A stretch of DNA of 44,199 bases from Eledone cirrhosa (GCA_964016885.1 CAXHJY010001428.1:1-44199), one strand, 5' to 3'. Shown: positions 12,223 to 23,700, counted from the stretch's first letter. Notes: generated by a model from the letters alone, not told the origin. Numbers and translations are program-made.

Positions 12223-14379
12223 TTATTTCTCCTTTTTGTGAATAAGTTTGTGACGATACAAAAAACTATTATAAGAAAATGTCTTACCACACTCATCACA
12301 GCGATATGGTTTACCTCCTGTGTGAGTACGTTTGTGGTTAGACAAACTACAGCTCATAGAGAATGTTTTACCACAGTGGTTTAGTTTCTCTCCTGTGTGA
12401 ATTCGTTTGTGGAAATATAAATCACTAGTTGCAGAAAATGATTTACCACAGATACCACAGTGGTAAGGGTTCCCGCCTGTATGAGAACGTTTGTGGTTAA
12501 TTAAGCTACACCTCATAGAAAATGTTTTACCACACACACCACAATGATATGGTTTCTCTTCTGTGTGAGTTTGTATGTGGTTAGATAAAGTAGAACTCAT
12601 AGAAAATGTTTTACCACAGATATCACAGTGTGGTTTCTTCCCTGTGTGAGTTCGTTTGTGAAAATACAAGCCACTAGCTGCAGAGAATGATTTACCACAG
12701 ATACAACAACGGTATGGTTTCTCTCCTGTGTGAGTATGTTTATGTATAGATAATCTACAGCTCCTATAAAATAGTTTACCACAGATATCACACTTGTGTG
12801 GTATCTCTCCTGCATGGATTCGTTTCTGGAAAGATGAACAACTTGCAGTGGAAAATGATTTAGCACAGAAGTTTTGTTTGTCTTTTTTATGTAAACGTTT
12901 GTGGTTAGACAGAGAGCTACTTCTAGAAAATGTTTTATTACAGATATTACAGGAATATGGTTTCTCTCCTGTGTGAGTACGTTTGTGGTAAGATAATCTA
13001 CAGTTCAAGGAAAATGTTTTACCACAGACATCACAGTGGTGTGGTTTCTCTCCTGTATGAATTTGCTTATGGTTATATAAATTACTATTGACAGAGAATG
13101 ATTTACCACAGATATCACAACAATATGGTTTCTCTTCTGTATGAGTTCGTTTGTGGTTTGACAAACTACAGCTCATGGAAAATGTTTTACCACAACTATC
13201 ACAGTGGTATGGTTTCTCCCCTGTGTGAGTTCGTTTATGGTTAGATAAAACACTTCTGACAGAGAATGATTTATCACACACATCACAGTGGTATGGTTTT
13301 TCTCCTGTGTGAATTCGTTTGTGGGTATGTAAATTACTGCTGACAGAGAATGATTTACCACAGGTATCACAATAGTATGGTTTCTCTCCTGTGTGAGTAC
13401 GTTTGTGGATACATAAAATACTACTAGTAGAGAATGATTTACCACAGATATCACAACAATGTTGTTTCTCTTCTTTGTGAGTACGTTTATGAAAAATTAA
13501 ACTACTGCTGGTAGAGAATGTTTCTCCACAGATGTCACAGGGATATGGTATATCTCCAGTATGAATACGTTTGTGACTATTTAAACAACTCCTGTAAGAG
13601 AATGATTTACCACAGACTTCACAATTGTAAGGTTTATCTTCTGTGTGACTATTTCTGTGATTATATAAAACATATTTCCTAGAGAATGCTTTACCACATA
13701 TGTCACATTGGTATGGCTTTTCTCCTGTGTGAATGCGTATATGGCGAGATAAATTAGCACTGATTGAGAATGTTTGATTGCAGATATTGCACTGGTATGT
13801 TGAGTTCTCCTCTGTATGAATACGTATGTGTCTATATAGATGACTAACTTCAGAAAACGTTTTGTCACAAATATCACATTGATACGGTCTCTCTCTAGTG
13901 TGTATACGTTTGTGCCGAGATAAATCACTTTTTCCAGTAAAACTTTTATCACAGATATCACAGTCATATGGTTTCTCCCCTGTATGTGTACGTTTATGTC
14001 GAGATAAATCACTATTTCCACTGTACCCTTTACCACAGATATCGCAGTGGTATGGTTTCTCCCCCGTGTGGATATATGTGTGTCTATGTAAACTATTTTC
14101 TTGTGAAAACAATCTACCACAAATATCACAATGGTATGGCTTCTCTCCTGTGTGAATAAGTTGGTGGCGTTGTAAAGAACCATTTCTGGTAAACTTTTTC
14201 CCACATTCTTTACACTGGAATGTCTTTAATCCAGAGTGAATTAATTTATCTTGCTTTAAATTATTTTTTGATGTGAAAATATCACAAGAGAGGGATTTAT
14301 TCTCAGCCTCTTCCTGTGTCTCCTGAGAAAAATCAATATTTTCTCCATGAAGCTGACTTTCAAATGATTCTTCTTCCAT
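12223..14379 (-). CDS. Tandem C2H2 zinc-finger protein (ZNF-2), 718 aa, about 22 canonical and 3 degenerate fingers, short acidic N-terminus
   Basis: Intact ORF with repeated YxCDICGKxFS..L..HKRxH-TGEKP units. Minus-strand acceptor CCCTTCTATTTCAG with its AG at 14911-14910. Confidence 0.95.
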   Translation of the reverse strand: MEEESFESQLHGENIDFSQETQEEAENKSLSCDIFTSKNNLKQDKLIHSGLKTFQCKECGKKFTRNGSLQRHQLIHTGEKPYHCDICGRLFSQENSLHRHTYIHTGEKPYHCDICGKGYSGNSDLSRHKRTHTGEKPYDCDICDKSFTGKSDLSRHKRIHTRERPYQCDICDKTFSEVSHLYRHIRIHTEENSTYQCNICNQTFSISANLSRHIRIHTGEKPYQCDICGKAFSRKYVLYNHRNSHTEDKPYNCEVCGKSFSYRSCLNSHKRIHTGDIPYPCDICGETFSTSSSLIFHKRTHKEEKQHCCDICGKSFSTSSILCIHKRTHTGEKPYYCDTCGKSFSVSSNLHTHKRIHTGEKPYHCDVCDKSFSVRSVLSNHKRTHTGEKPYHCDSCGKTFSMSCSLSNHKRTHTEEKPYCCDICGKSFSVNSNLYNHKQIHTGEKPHHCDVCGKTFSLNCRLSYHKRTHTGEKPYSCNICNKTFSRSSSLSNHKRLHKKDKQNFCAKSFSTASCSSFQKRIHAGEIPHKCDICGKLFYRSCRLSIHKHTHTGEKPYRCCICGKSFSAASGLYFHKRTHTGKKPHCDICGKTFSMSSTLSNHIQTHTEEKPYHCGVCGKTFSMRCSLINHKRSHTGGNPYHCGICGKSFSATSDLYFHKRIHTGEKLNHCGKTFSMSCSLSNHKRTHTGGKPYRCDECGKTFSYNSFLYRHKLIHKKEK

Positions 14380-15529
14380 TATGTTCTCTTTTAATCATAA
14401 AATACAAAAACAAATTTTGTTTCTTTATTCTTTGATCTTGTTTTAGCCATCAAGATTAAGGCCATGCTGGAGCACGTTTTCACAGAAATATTTCTAAAGC
14501 TATTTTTTCTTTAAAGTGGGTCTTTTTCCTTCAAAATCTGAAAATGTCTCTATTGAAATACGTCTACAATATGGTTTATTGTAGGACATAATTTTTGTAA
14601 TTCTTAAACTATGCTGTAAAAGATAACTAATATAATATCCCTGATCCCCCAAATACAATCTATCTGAAGTTATTTAGACAACTTTTCAAATTTAACTTGG
14701 ATACAAAATCATCCAGTCAGTATTCAATATAGCATTCAACTGTTTTTACAGTAAATTGTAATTCAGAGAAAATATTTCACTCTTTAACCAATGTACCACA
14801 AACAATGTCACATGTGTGTTCTATACATAAGTTGCCTGTAGTCATCCAAATATAAATTTCATAACATTACTTGAATATAAAATATTTTATCTCCGTGATT
14901 CCTGATATTCTGAAATAGAAGGGATATTATAAATGTTAACAATGTTAGTTGAGGCAAGAGATATTGAGGAAGAAAAATAACAGAGAAAAAACATATAAAG
15001 GTAGCCATTAAGTTTGTCAATGCAGTACAAAGTCTCCTCATATGACAATTTCTCTCATCTGATCCATATGGAATTCTTTCATTTTAAGAAGACATACCAC
15101 TGAATTTCATTATTCTCTGGCAATTCATCATCATTGTTTAACGTCTATCTTCCACGCTAGCATGGGTTAGACGGGAATTGTCCCATTTAAGTTAAGATTG
15201 GTCGGGTGACTGTGTCTCGCTCGTATAGGACTATCTGGCAGGTTTTCTTTTTCTTGTTTGTAATTGAGAAAGGTGAGCCCTGGTCAAGAATTTACTTTCC
15301 TATTTTCATTAATCATTATCAAACATAATTTAACTTTAAACATTTTTGTTTACTAATAAATCATTTGAAATTTACAAATTTACATACACAGATTACATTA
15401 CCCAAGATTCATGTGCATAGGTAAGGGTTGGCATGAAAACTAAATTGAAGATAACAAGTTTGGCTTTTTATGCCTACCTCACTTCTGATTACTGAATGTT
15501 GAGGATGGCACATTACTGCACCAGCTTTT

Positions 15530-16090
15530 GCAATTCTTGCATTTAATTCACACAAGGAACAAAATTTTACACTGCTTGGCAGTTTCATCATGGGATGCTG
15601 GCACATCCTCCTTACATACCAGTGCTCCAGCCATGGTCTACAGTGCTGCGGAGTATTGCTCTCCATTATGGTGCAGGAGCTCCCATAATAAGAAGCTAGA
15701 TACAACCCTGAACGACACGTTAAGGCTCGTCACCGGATATCTCCATCTTACACCAACTGAGTATCTACCTGTGCTCTCAGGCATTGCTCTTGTACCCTTT
15801 CATAGAGAGCAAAGCTACGAAGCTCAGATATCAACATGCTTCAGATGTGGAGCGTCAGCTGGTAACAAACTTCTCGACTTGCTTAACTGAATGTTAACCC
15901 CAATGCAGCCCTCCTTCCAGGTGCTAACCTCTCTTGTGGGGAGTGGATGTCTCTGAATCGTCTACACAAAGGTGTCAGCAGATTCAATGCAGCCATGCAG
16001 CTTGCCAGTGGGGCTTGCCTGAATCACCACCCACCTGAGAATATGGGCTTCAAGCATCCTAACTGCACTACTGTGGGGGTGGATTTCACG
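15530..16090 (+). mobile_element. Ingi/Vingi-like (I-group) non-LTR retrotransposon 3' fragment, in the ZNF-2 intron and antisense to it
   Basis: TRNKILHCLAVSSWDAGTSSLHTSAPAMVYSAAEYCSPLW..LNDTLRLVTG..TPTEYLPVLSGI and WMSLNRLHKGVSRF resemble post-RT motifs of this clade. Confidence 0.7.
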
Positions 16091-16566
16091 TGCTTAATAG
16101 TTAACATTAAGAAGTGTAATTTACTTGATAAATAATAAACTAAAGCTATATATTCAAATTTTGTTTCATTTTTACTGTTTTTGCCTAGCAGGACAGGGGT
16201 TTTATCCAGTGGGGTTTCTTCCATAGACAGAAGCTAAAAAAAGCTACAGCTTAGTATCTCAACATGATTAAAAAACATATATGCTTTCAATTTTTGCTTT
16301 TATAGCTTAGATGCTCACTAGGTATAAAAACTGGCATTGGTGCCTACTTCTACGCAAGGTAGTGGAGGCGCGTCTATATCGTCGACCTACCTGTTTAAAA
16401 TAGTAGCTAAATCAATAAGTAGCACCTTATTGTAACGGAATTCCTTTGCTCATAAGTCTGCTTAATCACAACTGAAATGTCACTATTTAGCATAAAAATG
16501 ATCTATATAAAAAATCCTATAACACGAAGTAAGCTGGCTGCAACACAATACAAGATAATATATAGC

Positions 16567-16733
16567 CAACACTACACCTAATATACCCCCTCCATACACA
16601 TACACACATGTATATTATGACTCATACACTATTCACTTCCCTGACATTTGTATATTATTCTATGTACTATACATGCACCTTTGACGAGTTGTAGTGCACC
16701 CGAGCACTTTACACAATAATTTCATTTCATTAT
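16567..16733 (+). mobile_element. 3' end of the CR1-like LINE seen at 33626-35970
   Basis: CAACACTACA..CCTGACATTTGTATATTATTCTATGTACTATACATGCACCTTTGACGAGTTGTAGTGCACC..CAATAATTTCATT matches 35832-35953. Confidence 0.85.
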
Positions 16734-16820
16734 ATCGATTCATCGCAGCCGCCAAACAAATACAGAAAAAAATCTCAAAGCAGCTTTATTTTCGTAATAA
16801 TAAAAATAACGAATTTATAA

Positions 16821-16970
16821 TTCAGTATATTTAATACTTAAACATATCAATGCAGTCTGAATGTGAAATATGTTACAAGCCTTCATTAAAATTAAATTTG
16901 AGGTCTACGAAGTCAACAATGACAGTTTCACTACATGATCCATCATTTGTATTTATTTCTAACGACAACG
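16821..16970 (-). promoter_or_regulatory. Shared ZNF leader module, copy B (upstream of ZNF-2)
   Basis: Reverse complement reads GTCGTTAGAAATAAAT..GTAGTGAAACTGTCATTGTTGACTTCGTAGAC..CATATTTCACATTCAGACTGCATTGATATGTTTAAGTATTAAATATACTGAA, closely matching the 37.7-kb copy. Confidence 0.75.
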
Positions 16971-17017
16971 TCTTAACCAAACATTTGCATAAGACTACCT
17001 TATGTTTGATTGGAGAT

Positions 17018-17119
17018 TATAAAACACTTACCCTCTTTTTCTTTCATACTAAAAACAATATACAGATATAAAACACTTACCCTCTTTTTCTTTCATACTA
17101 AAAACAATATACAGATATA
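17018..17119. repeat. Two-copy tandem duplication with a 49-bp period
   Basis: TATAAAACACTTACCCTCTTTTTCTTTCATACTAAAAACAATATACAGA is repeated; AAAACACTTA starts at 17021 and 17070. Confidence 0.95.
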
Positions 17120-17377
17120 TGTTTATATATAAACTGACTATATTCAGATATACGTATATCAATATATACATATTAACCGGTGCTGGAGTGGTAAATTGGC
17201 AACAATCAGGGGAAGTAACTTTTGGTGCATGTAAAAGTAAATAAATGAGGAACTTTCCCAAATTTCTACTTTTTTTTTCTTAAATACTGTTATATGAATA
17301 TCAGTGCCTATACTGTAATATCTCGAATATTTCCTATAAATATTTAAATAAAAACAATTAATATTGAAATGTTTTTT

Positions 17378-17600
17378 GAACCTGTGACGTTTGGAGGAGC
17401 TGGACCGCTGACAACGAAGTTTTTGTTATCGTTGGTGGCTCGCCTGAACGAGGTATCAAGTGATGTCCATGGAGGTGCTTAGTAGTTCCAGCGCCTTAGC
17501 CTCGCTATTACGTGCGGTAACGCTGTTAGTATGATGGCTTGCCTCAAAAAGTATTAGAGGTAGACTGCCAAATGTACTTCCGTTAGTATTTATTCTTTAT
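17378..17600 (+). mobile_element. CRE-clade non-LTR retrotransposon 3' end (decayed)
   Basis: EPVTFGGAGPLTTKFLLSLVARLNEVSSD...FQRLSLAITCGNAVSMM resembles the QRxSxAxxRGNA C-terminus of CRE elements. Confidence 0.7.
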
Positions 17601-17671
17601 ATAATTCTTTCTACTTTTGGCACAAGGCCAGCAAATACCCAGTGCATTACTGGTACTTTATTTGAAATATT

Positions 17672-18470
17672 TGAAGCAAGCCAAAGCACTAACAACATTG
17701 CTGAGGACTATAGCGAGGTGAGGCCACTAGAATAGTCAAGCATTCTCACCATTTACTGCAGCATCCACGTTGTGGGAGGGAGGAAAAGAGTCACTGACTG
17801 AGGAATCCCAGTTGAGACATCTGCCTCTTACGCAGAGGCAAGCTAAGACCATCTGGTCTCTTCCCATCAATTCTGGATAATCCAACTGGCTCCAGAACTG
17901 AGTGGATATTTACTCAAGCTAGAACCTGCTTAATGATCAGGTTTAGCTCGGTGTGGCTAATGAAGCGACCAGCATTTAGGCGGCAAGACAAACCATGGAG
18001 GCCTATGTAGTCGAGGGGCGATCACAGCGTCATCTCAGATCCCCACAAACATCGGCTCCCACTTGGAGTGCAATGGAGATACGGAGCTCGTCCAGACTGA
18101 GAAAACCATCAATGTTGACCACGGGCAGGGCATCAACCCAGTCCCCTGAGATTTTTGCGCTTGCAGAAAGTGACACCTTGAAAACTAATCAGATTAATCA
18201 AAGAGAGTGTTGAAGGCGTTGCTCAAACGCAGATTGTCTCATACTTTCTGCTTCTGTTTATCTTCGTCAGTAACAAGAACTGACAAACCCAACTCTCTCC
18301 ACTGCTTCACCCATCTCCCTGATGGAATTAGTCCATGTTGGAAAGGAGAGGATGCCACCTATTAAAGGAGAGCAAGTGTGGATGGAGGAAAGATCCTTTT
18401 AATTAACTCCTAATGCTAGAAGTGAATCTAAGCTAAACCTTAACACCACCACCTGGTTCTTGGGTGTGTT
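17672..18470 (-). mobile_element. CRE-clade non-LTR retrotransposon fragment (zinc-knuckle and restriction-like endonuclease region, decayed)
   Basis: Minus-strand translation SGDWVDALP..LDELRISIALQVGADVC..GLHGLSCRLNAGRFISHTELNLIIKQVL..SVLEPVGLSRIDGKRPDGL..RGRCLNWD, with stops and frameshifts. Confidence 0.8.
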
Positions 18471-20441
18471 TAGTTCTAATCACTGACTTAACAAGAAATC
18501 CTCCAAATGTTTTATTATATTTAAAATCAATTGAATATCATAAACTGTACAATCCATTAGAAGTATGACGAAGAAAGAGTTAACATAAGTACCACACCAA
18601 GACACCAGTGAGGTACCAATTTCAGTGAAATAATCATGTGTATCACAGTTTTTGGAATAAGTACACCATATCCCTGCATGTTGTAAGAGGTGACTAAAAG
18701 GGTTGGCACCAGGAAGGGTATCTGGCATAAAATATTGTCTCAAAACATCTAGTCCAACCCATCCCAACACGGAAAGTGGAAATTAAAAAAATATGACGAT
18801 GATGAGCTTTGGCCAGGTTTCTCCAGAATTTCATATTTTTAACTACAGTTCTTTGTGTCCATTTCTTATAGAAATAACTATTAAAATGTATCTCTACTAA
18901 CAGTTCAAATATATTATTTCAATGAGATAAAATTTATTGCTGACCATAATATCTATAGATGCAGTATGTTCAGACTAAAGGTAAACACATATTTCATAAA
19001 AATAAACAAAAATTGATGTATAACATTTTATTTAATCGTGCATATAATATTTTGTATGGTTTTAAGTAAATTTCTATATTATTCAAATGTAGGGAGTTAA
19101 CTATTGTAATGTGCTTGCATTAATATCGCTACCCAAGGGTTTCTTTGGCTTAACATCCATTGTCTATATAACTGTGTATGTGTGTCTGTATGTATGTGTT
19201 TGTTTCCACATGTGCTTCACATTTAAGCATGTGGTAACGTTTGTTTGTGTCCAGCATAAATAACATGTCGTAAAGCTTAGGGGTTCAACAGAAATCAAGT
19301 GTAAAAGCTGGTGGCATTAGTAGAGGTATCTGGCTGTAGAAAACTGCCTCAAAATAAGTTTCATCCCATCCATGTGCTTCATTAAAATGCACCCAGTACA
19401 CTCTGTAAAGTGGGTGGCGTTAGGAAGTGCCTCCAATTGTAAAAACGCTGCAAAAATATGGAACTTATGAACAAGATATGGTTAATCAACCATACCTTGT
19501 CACAGACTGTGACGACCCATCCAACCTATGCCAGCATAGAAAACAGATATACAATGATGAGTATTATACTGGGGATATCAATGATATATTTCATTCAGAT
19601 ATGAATGTTTGTGTCGAGATTAAGTACCACTTTGAGAGAAGGTTTTACCACAGATGTCACAGCGAATTTAGAGTCAACATACCATAAAACTCTTCACTTT
19701 GTTTTTCAGTAACAAAATCATATATGTATTTGAACCTCTCATCTCTTAATTAAAACTGATTATATACGTGAGTGGAAAAAACGGTAATGGCAATCTCTAA
19801 TAAACAATAAGGGGAAATAACTGGCCGACCTTAAGAATCGAATATATTTTTCGATTAAATGTTTCCGTTTTCTACGATTGACAGAATCGTCAAAATATCC
19901 AATAAGATGCTTTCAGTATTTACAGCATCTCTTTACGCCGATGTCAACTTTGCCTTTCATCCCTCCGGAGTCGATAAATTAATGTACTTGTCAAGTATTG
20001 GAAACAATATGATCAACAAACTTCTCTTACCTAATAGCTGGTCGTATACCTCTGTAGCATCAATGATGTTAGGGTACTGTTGGAGAGAGCAATACCGTTG
20101 TGAACTCCAGAAGAAGAAAGGAGTATTGTATCGTTATTCACTCATACCTCCTTTTCCGTTCTTCCGGTAACAAGGTGACCGTTTACGATAGGAAAGAAAT
20201 AGACCTCACTCTGAATTATAAACTAATAGACACGAAGTTCTTCGTCGCCATTATTAATTAACATCATCTTTAGTTTGTTTGTCAGAGTTGGGACTGCGCA
20301 TACCTGCTACAATAATTTTACTGAACACCATCTCAACCACCTAAAACATCGCCATCACGAATGACAATTTCTTCACAGAAGAAACATATAATTAACTTAT
20401 TCGTAGCTCAGGATTCACCATCGCTATAAAAAAGCTGTATA

Positions 20442-20481
<40 letters not shown>

Positions 20482-20523
20482 TATTCTTATTTTTCAATTA
20501 CGTTAGATGAACCAGTGTATGTA

Positions 20524-20660
20524 ATTTTGTGGTTAGAAATAAATTCAAGAGGTGGGTGTTGTGGTGAGATTGTCATTGCTGTCCTCGTAGACTTTAACTG
20601 TAATGAAAACATCTGACATTTCATTCTACATTGATATATGTAAGTATTATATATATTGAA
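20524..20660 (+). promoter_or_regulatory. Shared ZNF leader module, copy C, with GTAAGT donor at 20640 (upstream of ZNF-3)
   Basis: GGTTAGAAATAAATTCAAGA..GTTGTGGTGAGATTGTCATTGCTGTCCTCGTAGA..CTACATTGATATAT|GTAAGTATTATATATATTGAA. Confidence 0.75.
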
Positions 20661-20747
20661 TTAACAATTCTCTTATAGTTTTACAAAAATAAAGTTTTAT
20701 TAAAATAATTTTGTTATTTTAATCTGCAGTTGTTTAGTTCCAGGTTA

Positions 20748-21301
20748 GTGCCACCTTCACTCTGTCAAATTCATATTTGTTTTGATGGTAAGCTGTGCAT
20801 TGTTTGTAATCGGGACTGTATTTTGGTAGTTAAAATAGCCTTGTTGCAAAATTGTAATTTTATTACTGCTTAAGTTGTGTGTGTGGTTGTATCAAATTGT
20901 TTACATTTTATTGTTATTCTTCTTCATATTTATGTTCAACACTAACTACTAACAGATTTCATTGCGATTCCTAGCATGTCGAGCGACTGCACAGAGGCTC
21001 CATCGGGATATAGAATAATACAATTATTTAATTCATGAATAAGATCAATAATAATTTTCTTCTGGCAACAATCATTTAAAATAAATTACAATATTGTTAG
21101 AGCTATAAATATTTTAAACAAACGAACATTTTTTGGCCAGTGCTACACAAAAATAGTTAAATGACAATTGCAATATACATATAAACATCAACACAAAAAT
21201 AATTTTTAACTGCAAAAAAAAAAAACAAGCTGACCGTAGCATTGCGTCAAAAACAAAAATTCTGACACCAGCTACAGTTTGACAAAGTGAAAGTGGTACA
21301 C
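20748..21301. mobile_element. About 555-bp non-autonomous TIR element in the ZNF-3 intron, flanked by TA
   Basis: Left end GTGCCACCTTCACTCTGTCAAAT; right end reverse complement GTGTACCACTTTCACTTTGTCAAAC. Homology with the paralogous intron at about 37940-37960 breaks at GGTTA(G). Confidence 0.65.
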
Positions 21302-22503
21302 TATAATCAAATATTACTACATTGGTTTAATAGACTGATATATATGATTGCTCATACATTAAGTAATGTTGTCATCATTGCCGATCTATTATAAATGTTG
21401 TTCTAACTGTGACCACCCCAGGAATTCTTCATCAATTTAATATCTGATATGCTTTTTCTTATTTTGTGTAATGAAATAGTGTGATTTGGTTGCTACTGGG
21501 AACAGCAATCAAATCTCCTTCTAATCACCCTACTGTTTTTAAAAAAGACAATCACGCTGGAAAAATGATGTGTCCCTATAAACATGTCTGAATAAAGATG
21601 ATGAACGCTGACTTGGGACTGAATTGCAACAACTAAGCATTAAAAAATGACATCTTTGGAGAAAAATGAATGTTATGCTACATTGTTCTGTGCCTTAATT
21701 ACAGTTCTCAATGTGAAGGTGTATCTATGATTTACAAATATAAAAACTTATCATTTATTAAAATGACACATGATGTCATTTTAATAACAAATTAAAAAGT
21801 GAAGTTCAATTGTTCAAAAGATTTATATCTACAGTTTAGTAGTATAAAAATATAGTAAAAGTTCTACTGTTAAATCTCTACATTTTAAGTATCATCACTT
21901 TCATATTCTATTTCTTTATTATTTCAGATTCTTTGATGACATTAGCATAAAATAATTCTTTCCTTCATATGCATCAAGATTTGCCATCTGTTAAAGATGT
22001 TACACAGAATAGATACAACCTTGTTTATATAAATCTGTAACTGAATTACTGTGAAATATTTACTGAGATTAGCATCAACATTTCTTTACTTCATTGTCTG
22101 GAATATGTACAAGATAATTTTACATCCTAATTCAACCTGGACAAATTTACCATGAAGATATAACCGATTTTTCTACAAGAAATTTCATGTGGATATGTTT
22201 TGAGAAATGGATCTATTTTGGTTCTAGAATTCTTGTTAGTTCTTATGAGTCAGGGTTGTATCATAAACAATCTTGGAATAACTATTCCAGGCACTATAAT
22301 GATATGATAAAATAATAATGAAAATTATTGTGTACAGTGCTCAAGTGTACTACAACAATAAATCATCATGTAATTGTGTGTAGCATCTTCAGATATTGAC
22401 AACAATCACAGTTTAGGAAAATATAGTTGAAGAAACATTTGTTATTTATATAAAAATAACAAGAAGAAAAATATCTATTTATTGTGGTGAACGAAGTAAA
22501 ATT

Positions 22504-23313
22504 ATGGAAAATGAATTATGTGAGAACCATAACTGTGATATCTGTAAAAAGTCAGTCTCTCAAAAAAGTGACCTAATTAGACATAAACGTATTCATACAG
22601 GAGAGAAACCCTATCAGTGTGATACTTGTGGTAAATCATTCTCTAGAAGTGGTTACTTAACTACTCACATACGTGTTCATACAGGAGAGAAACCATATCC
22701 CTGTGATATCTGTGGTAAATCATTCTCTCAAAGGGGTGAATTGACTACTCACAAACGTATACATACAGGAGACACGCCATATCACTGTGATATCTGTGGT
22801 AAATCATTCTCACAGAATGGAGACTTAACTACCCACATACGTACTCATACTGGGGAGAAACCATATAACTGTGATATTTGTGGTAAATCATTCTCTAGAA
22901 GTGGTTATGTAACAACTCACAGACGTATACATACGGGAGAAAAGCCATATCACTGTGATATCTGTGATAAATCGTTCTCTCAAAGTGGGGACTTAACTAT
23001 ACACAAACGCATTCATACAGGGGAGAAGCCATATCACTGTGAGATCTGTGGTAAATCATTCGCTAGAAGTGGTGACGTAACTACTCACAAACGTATTCAT
23101 ACAGGAGATAGGCCTTATCAGTGCAATATCTGTGGTAAATGTTTCTCTGAGAAAAGTACCTTAACAAAACATAAACGCATTCATACAGGAGAGAATCCAT
23201 ACCATTGTAATAACTGTGGGAAATCATTTTCTCAAACAAGTCACTTAACTAGACACAACCGTATTCATCATGCAGTCAATAAGCCAAATCATTCACTCAA
23301 AGTAGTGTATTAA
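22504..23313 (+). CDS. Tandem C2H2 zinc-finger protein (ZNF-3), 269 aa, 9 highly homogeneous fingers
   Basis: Intact ORF with 9 canonical fingers. Acceptor TTTATTATTTCAG ends at 21927; donor GTAAGT at 20640. Confidence 0.93.
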   Translation: MENELCENHNCDICKKSVSQKSDLIRHKRIHTGEKPYQCDTCGKSFSRSGYLTTHIRVHTGEKPYPCDICGKSFSQRGELTTHKRIHTGDTPYHCDICGKSFSQNGDLTTHIRTHTGEKPYNCDICGKSFSRSGYVTTHRRIHTGEKPYHCDICDKSFSQSGDLTIHKRIHTGEKPYHCEICGKSFARSGDVTTHKRIHTGDRPYQCNICGKCFSEKSTLTKHKRIHTGENPYHCNNCGKSFSQTSHLTRHNRIHHAVNKPNHSLKVVY

Positions 23314-23700
23314 CGACACACTAGCTTATTCATACAGGTGAGAAGCCATATCACTGTGATACTTTGGTAAATCATTTTCTACAATAGGTCTCTTGGCTAC
23401 ACACAAAATAATTCACACAGAAGCTAAGCCATATCATTGTAATATCTGCAGTAAATTTTTTTCATAAATGAGTTTACATGCTTATGCACACTTACCGGGA
23501 ACAAACCATATCACTGTGATATCTGTAGTAAATCTTCTAGGACAAAAAGCACCTACACATGAGAAAAGCCATATTTATAAAATGTTATTTAATTTAACAC
23601 AAATTTAGTCACAGAGGAGAAAAACATTGTTTGTCATACCTGTCATTCTCAGAAAATACTGGGAGTATATTATTTACACAAGAGTAGTCATACCACTTTG
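23314..23700 (+). other. Degenerate zinc-finger remnants (about 4-5 fingers) 3' of the ZNF-3 stop
   Basis: ATTCATACAGGTGAGAAGCCATATCACTGTGATAC.., AAGCCATATCATTGTAATATCTGCAGTAAA and AAACCATATCACTGTGATATCTGTAGTAAA, with indels and stops. Confidence 0.85.

Noticed and set aside
12597-14204. Alternative-frame and antisense ORFs overlapping ZNF-2 (similar ones at 30376-31269)
   Set aside because: Shadow frames expected from the repetitive finger codons; no independent evidence.
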